Shown piece by piece: positions 6,953 through 10,466 of a stretch of 10,466 nt of DNA. A program made the position numbers and the translations under genes. The notes under the pieces were generated by a model. That model was not told the DNA's origin. It searched no databases and saw nothing but the letters and a program-made list of their open reading frames with translations. Origin of the DNA: Parachlamydiales bacterium (lineage in GTDB: Bacteria; Chlamydiota; Chlamydiia; Chlamydiales; JAJFMK01); assembly GCA_963765145.1 (NCBI GenBank), contig CAVXVG010000014.1:1-10466 (forward strand). Reading direction: 5' to 3'. Positions within the stretch are counted from its first letter, which is position 1. Each line of letters starts with the position of its first letter.

Positions 6953-8074
6953 TCATGAAACGGCGCAGAGGTTTTTGCCGGCTTCCAACTTCGACATCTT
7001 ATCTTCTGTAGGTTCTATTAAGCCCAAATTGATTCTTTTGATATCAATATACCCTTCAGGAAAAACGGGCAGGCGAGACAAAATCGAAGCCTTGAATTTA
7101 TCCAAAGGCTGTTTGGCAAGCATAAAATCGCCGTTTTGTTTTTTAACATCAGCAAGAGTTAAACAAGCACAATCTTTCTTACAGTGGCCTGGCAGCAATA
7201 AAACCTGATCATCCAGCGCATGAAGCTTTTGTAATGAACGGTAATGCAACTCTGACCAGCTCTCTTTTCCGCCCAAATCGGGCCTACCAATCGAATCGAT
7301 AAATAGGGTATCTCCGCCAAACAAAAACCGATCTTCTAATAGCAACGCAACGTTGCCAAGGGTATGCCCAGGGACATGAATCACTTGAAAATGCACTTTT
7401 CCCAATTGCAGATGCTGCCCATCCCATAGAGGAGAAAAATGGATCGATGCGGGCAATAAGTCGATTGGGTGGATCGCATCATAAGGATGAAGAAGATAAG
7501 AAGCGCCGCAAAGTTCAGCCAAGGCTTGTCCACCACTAATATGGTCGGCGTGCGTATGGGTATCGATCACAAGCTTAAGCTCAGCCTGCTTTTGCTTTAA
7601 AAACTCTAAATAGGGTTCTAAATGCCGTGTAGGGTCGATGATCAGGGCTTTTTTATCCGAAATAACCAGATAACTCAAACACCCTCTACCCATACGAGCA
7701 AATTGGTAAATTTCCATGTCGCTTGATGCATGGATTTGAAGGGTATCGTAAATTTCTCCCCAAGCTCGCATCCCTCCGTGAATGCTTTTGGCTTTAAACC
7801 CTTGCTGATTCAAATGGGTTGTCACCCTATGTGAACTGTTACCCCGGTAGCAAATCACAAAGATCGTTTGGTCTTTAGCTAAGTTATTTAATGCAGCGCT
7901 GTTCCACCCATCGGCCAACAGTTCATCGTAAGGAAGATTGAGGATGTTTAAACCCTCTTGATCGATTTTCCACTGTTCAAAATCGGCTCTATTTCTGACA
8001 TCCAAGAGGGTGGTACCTCTTTTTAGTTTGGCCTCTTCTTTAAAGGCACTTGCGCTACATTCGTCTAAATCCAT
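6953..8074 (-). CDS. Rhodanese + metallo-beta-lactamase-fold fusion (persulfide dioxygenase/sulfurtransferase-like, YrkH-type architecture; 373 aa)
   Basis: N-terminal rhodanese domain (LLDVRN, active-site ICYRGNSS, SIHGGMRAW); MBL motifs GCLSY, DTHTHADHISG, HVPGHT, GDTLF...GRPDL, LLPGH; C-terminal GKNLCA. Confidence 0.88.
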   Translation of the reverse strand: MDLDECSASAFKEEAKLKRGTTLLDVRNRADFEQWKIDQEGLNILNLPYDELLADGWNSAALNNLAKDQTIFVICYRGNSSHRVTTHLNQQGFKAKSIHGGMRAWGEIYDTLQIHASSDMEIYQFARMGRGCLSYLVISDKKALIIDPTRHLEPYLEFLKQKQAELKLVIDTHTHADHISGGQALAELCGASYLLHPYDAIHPIDLLPASIHFSPLWDGQHLQLGKVHFQVIHVPGHTLGNVALLLEDRFLFGGDTLFIDSIGRPDLGGKESWSELHYRSLQKLHALDDQVLLLPGHCKKDCACLTLADVKKQNGDFMLAKQPLDKFKASILSRLPVFPEGYIDIKRINLGLIEPTEDKMSKLEAGKNLCAVS

Positions 8075-8136
8075 ATAAGATCACTCATTTAAGTCATTCT
8101 ATGTAAAATTAAAATAAAAAAGGCTAGAATTTAGCT

Positions 8137-9045
8137 ATGCGTTCTTCCCCTCTCATTTTCTGCGGCTCCTCACACCCGGCTTTAGGGAAAGAGGTGGCAT
8201 CCCTTCTAGGAACAACTCTCGGCAAACTTAGCATCAGCCGGTTTCCTGATGGCGAGACCCACATCGAAGTGCTTGAAGATGTTTACGGTAAGGATGTCTT
8301 TGTCCTTCAAACGATTGCGCTAGATCCAAACCAATATTTAATGGAACTGCTGATCATCATTGATGCTCTAAAAAGGGCATCGGCTAAAAGCGTCGTGGTG
8401 ATCATCCCCTATTTTGGATATTGCCGTCAGGACAGAAAAGACAAGCCTGGCGAGCCAATCACAGCTAAGCTTGTGGCTAACCTTCTAACCAGCGCAGGGA
8501 CAACCCGCCTGATCACGTTAGACCTCCACGCAAGACAGCTAGAAGGCTTTTTTGAGATACCGGTCGACCATATCCTTTGCCAATCGGCTTTGACGGAAGC
8601 GGTGAACAATAAAATAGGCAGAGATCGTGTGGTAGTGGCCCCCGATTTAGGAAGCATCAAAATAGCCAAAAAAATGGCCACCTTGCTCCATGCAGACTTA
8701 GCATTGATCGAAAAAAACCGGATCAACCCTCACGATGTAAAAATGACGCTGATAGGAGATGTGAGAGGAAAAGATGTGTTGATTGGCGACGACATGTGCT
8801 CGACTGCAGGGACACTTGCTGCTGCAGCTTCAAAGTGCAAAGAGGGAGGGGCCAACAAAATCTTTGGTGCTATCACGCACGGCCTATTTGTCAGCGATGC
8901 CCTGGATCGGATAGAGAAAAGCCCTCTCGACCAGGTTTTTGTCACCAACACCATCCCTCAAAATCACACTTCGCCCAACAAGATCATCACCTTATCGATC
9001 GCCCCACTCATCGCCAACGCCCTCCAGCATCTTCTTAGGACGTAG
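8137..9045 (+). CDS. prs: Ribose-phosphate pyrophosphokinase (PRPP synthetase)
   Basis: FPDGE, LMELLIIIDALKRASA, PYFGYCRQDRK, PITAKLVANLL, DLHARQLEGFF, VAPDLG, PRPP-binding DDMCSTAGT, THGLF, VTNTIP. Confidence 0.96.
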   Translation: MRSSPLIFCGSSHPALGKEVASLLGTTLGKLSISRFPDGETHIEVLEDVYGKDVFVLQTIALDPNQYLMELLIIIDALKRASAKSVVVIIPYFGYCRQDRKDKPGEPITAKLVANLLTSAGTTRLITLDLHARQLEGFFEIPVDHILCQSALTEAVNNKIGRDRVVVAPDLGSIKIAKKMATLLHADLALIEKNRINPHDVKMTLIGDVRGKDVLIGDDMCSTAGTLAAAASKCKEGGANKIFGAITHGLFVSDALDRIEKSPLDQVFVTNTIPQNHTSPNKIITLSIAPLIANALQHLLRT

Positions 9046-9664
9046 TTATGTGTTTTTTGTACTGCGCATCGATGCTGACCGCTGCTGTTATGGCATCTGG
9101 CGCCGCGGCATAAACATCCCACCCGTTTAAAATGGAATAGCGACGAACATATACCCTTTGCTTCAGGTGTGGTTCAGCCTCTTGCTTTAACGTATTCAAA
9201 TACTCAAAGTGCTCTTGTGTGATAATCCCTTTCTCACGCAAAAGCAAGTGGCGGTCAAAAGAGATCAAATCCCAAGGGGTCACTTTTGACTGAAAGAGGT
9301 CTTGATTAAGTTTGTCTTTCAAACGTTCAATCGTAAAGTTCTTGAGATACTATCTTTTTCTCAAAAAGCTGCTCTAAATGGGGATATCGAACAACAAGGT
9401 GAGCAAGCGTTGTCTTTGGGTCGGACATCTCTTCTTTGAATTTTTGTTGCATCTGTTCAAGACCAAAAAGCGAAATCGCATTGTCCAAGCCAAATCGTTG
9501 ATACAATTGGTGAAATGTATGGGAGCGCAACGTATCTTCAATCGTTGCAGGAGATACCTGCTTGACATAGGCTGTCCACAAGGACTGTGGCACAACGTGA
9601 TAGACCTTTGAAATCATGCAGGCAACACCTATGCAACACACACAAACATAATTGTTCCTTTCAT
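9035..9664 (-). pseudogene. Hypothetical gene apparently split by frameshift(s) (ORFs 9327..9641 and 9035..9322)
   Basis: Two consecutive same-strand ORFs 4 nt apart. The second starts at TTG with no SD and its frame is open about 9 codons back into the first. Both halves share a K.T...L.....HL..L.EK.I.[ST]QE-like unit. The SD-led ATG at 9649 is out of frame. Confidence 0.45.
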
Positions 9665-9694
9665 TCTTGTGTATATGCTTTTATTTCTTTTAAT

Positions 9695-9795
9695 CTCGCG
9701 AAGCGTTTGGAGTGCTAAACTCCTGTTTAGCTTTCACTTTCACTGACAAGTCAAAGGCTAAAAACGGGCGTAGAGCACTCCAAACGCTAACGCGA
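9695..9795. repeat. About 100-nt palindromic REP/REPIN/MITE-like element
   Basis: TCGCGAAGCGTTTGGAGTGCT (9696-9716) pairs with AGCACTCCAAACGCTAACGCGA (9774-9795), with a 15-bp perfect core and inner TTTAGCTTT/AAGGCTAAA pairing. A second partial copy lies at 4805. Confidence 0.85.
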
Positions 9796-9897
9796 ACTAA
9801 AAGGGGTTGTTAGCAAAAAATCGGGCAGGGGCAGGGGCAAGGGTTGAATGGGGTAGACAAAACTTGGGGAATTCGTTACAAGTGTCATTTTTGAAAA

Positions 9898-10466
9898 ATG
9901 ACGAAAAAATATAAGTTCCCCTTCTTTCTCCTTGCAGGCCTAGCCTTAGTCCTGATTGCCCTTGTGATTCACTACCGTGAACACATTGCTGTCTTAAGCC
10001 CAAAAGGGTTCATTGCCCTACAAGAACGAGACCTCATCATCTTGTCAACGGTATTGATGTTGATCATAGTGATTCCGGTACTCGTGATGGCGCCTCTTTT
10101 TGCTTGGAGATATCACGAAAGCAACAAAGGCGAAGATTACAAACCGGATGATGATCACAATCTTTTTGCAGAAGCTGTCTGGTGGGGCTTTCCTACCATT
10201 ATTGTGATCTTAATTTCGATCCTGACATGGGAAAGCAGCCGAGAATTAGACCCTTTTAGACCCCTTGAAAGCGACACAAAACCCTTAAAGGTTCAAGTCA
10301 TCGCTCTGCAATGGAAATGGCTGTTTATCTACCCGGAAGAAAGAATCGCCTCACTCAATTTTCTTCCCATTCCAGTCGATACACCCATCAATTTTCAAAT
10401 CACTGCTGATGCGCCAATGAACTCCTTTTGGATTCCTCAGTTGGGAGGGCAAATTTATGCCATGCC
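9898..10466 (+). CDS. cyoA: Cytochrome bo3-type ubiquinol oxidase subunit II (5' part, runs off window)
   Basis: Manual translation from ATG 9898: MTKKYKFPFFLLAGL...IAVLSPKGFIALQERDLI...LMLIIVIPV...FAWRY...EAVWWGFP...LDPFRPLES...VQVIALQWKWLFIYPE...ITADAPMNSFWIPQLGGQIYAM. Not in the ORF track. Confidence 0.93.
   Translation, partial: MTKKYKFPFFLLAGLALVLIALVIHYREHIAVLSPKGFIALQERDLIILSTVLMLIIVIPVLVMAPLFAWRYHESNKGEDYKPDDDHNLFAEAVWWGFPTIIVILISILTWESSRELDPFRPLESDTKPLKVQVIALQWKWLFIYPEERIASLNFLPIPVDTPINFQITADAPMNSFWIPQLGGQIYAM

Noticed and set aside
576..9611. Numerous 60-106 aa ORFs nested in or antisense to the main genes
   Set aside because: Largely or fully overlap confidently assigned CDSs and show no recognisable motifs; treated as shadow ORFs
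9797..10003. 68-aa - strand ORF
   Set aside because: Antisense to the well-supported cyoA 5' end and its promoter region, with no recognisable motif

Overview
A bacterial chromosomal window, by inference from an environmental chlamydia-like organism (Cys-containing MOMP-like porin paralogs). Left: a tandem array of at least three paralogous outer-membrane beta-barrel genes on the - strand. The third runs off the window edge and is missing from the ORF track. Each has its own sigma70/sigma66-like promoter, and the two complete ones have intrinsic terminators. Middle: a SnoaL/NTF2-like gene overlapping a NodT/TolC-family outer-membrane lipoprotein gene, an MHS-type MFS transporter, a DoxX gene and a rhodanese-MBL (persulfide dioxygenase-like) fusion. 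Right: prs, a probably frameshifted hypothetical gene and the 5' part of cyoA (also missing from the ORF track). The most unusual non-coding signals are three unrelated palindromic REP/MITE-like elements with no transposase in view. One is a 185-nt rod hairpin with G-T wobble bias on the strand antisense to its neighbours. There is also a G-quadruplex motif and a palindrome at the cyoA start. Product names come from motif recognition only; no database searches were run.
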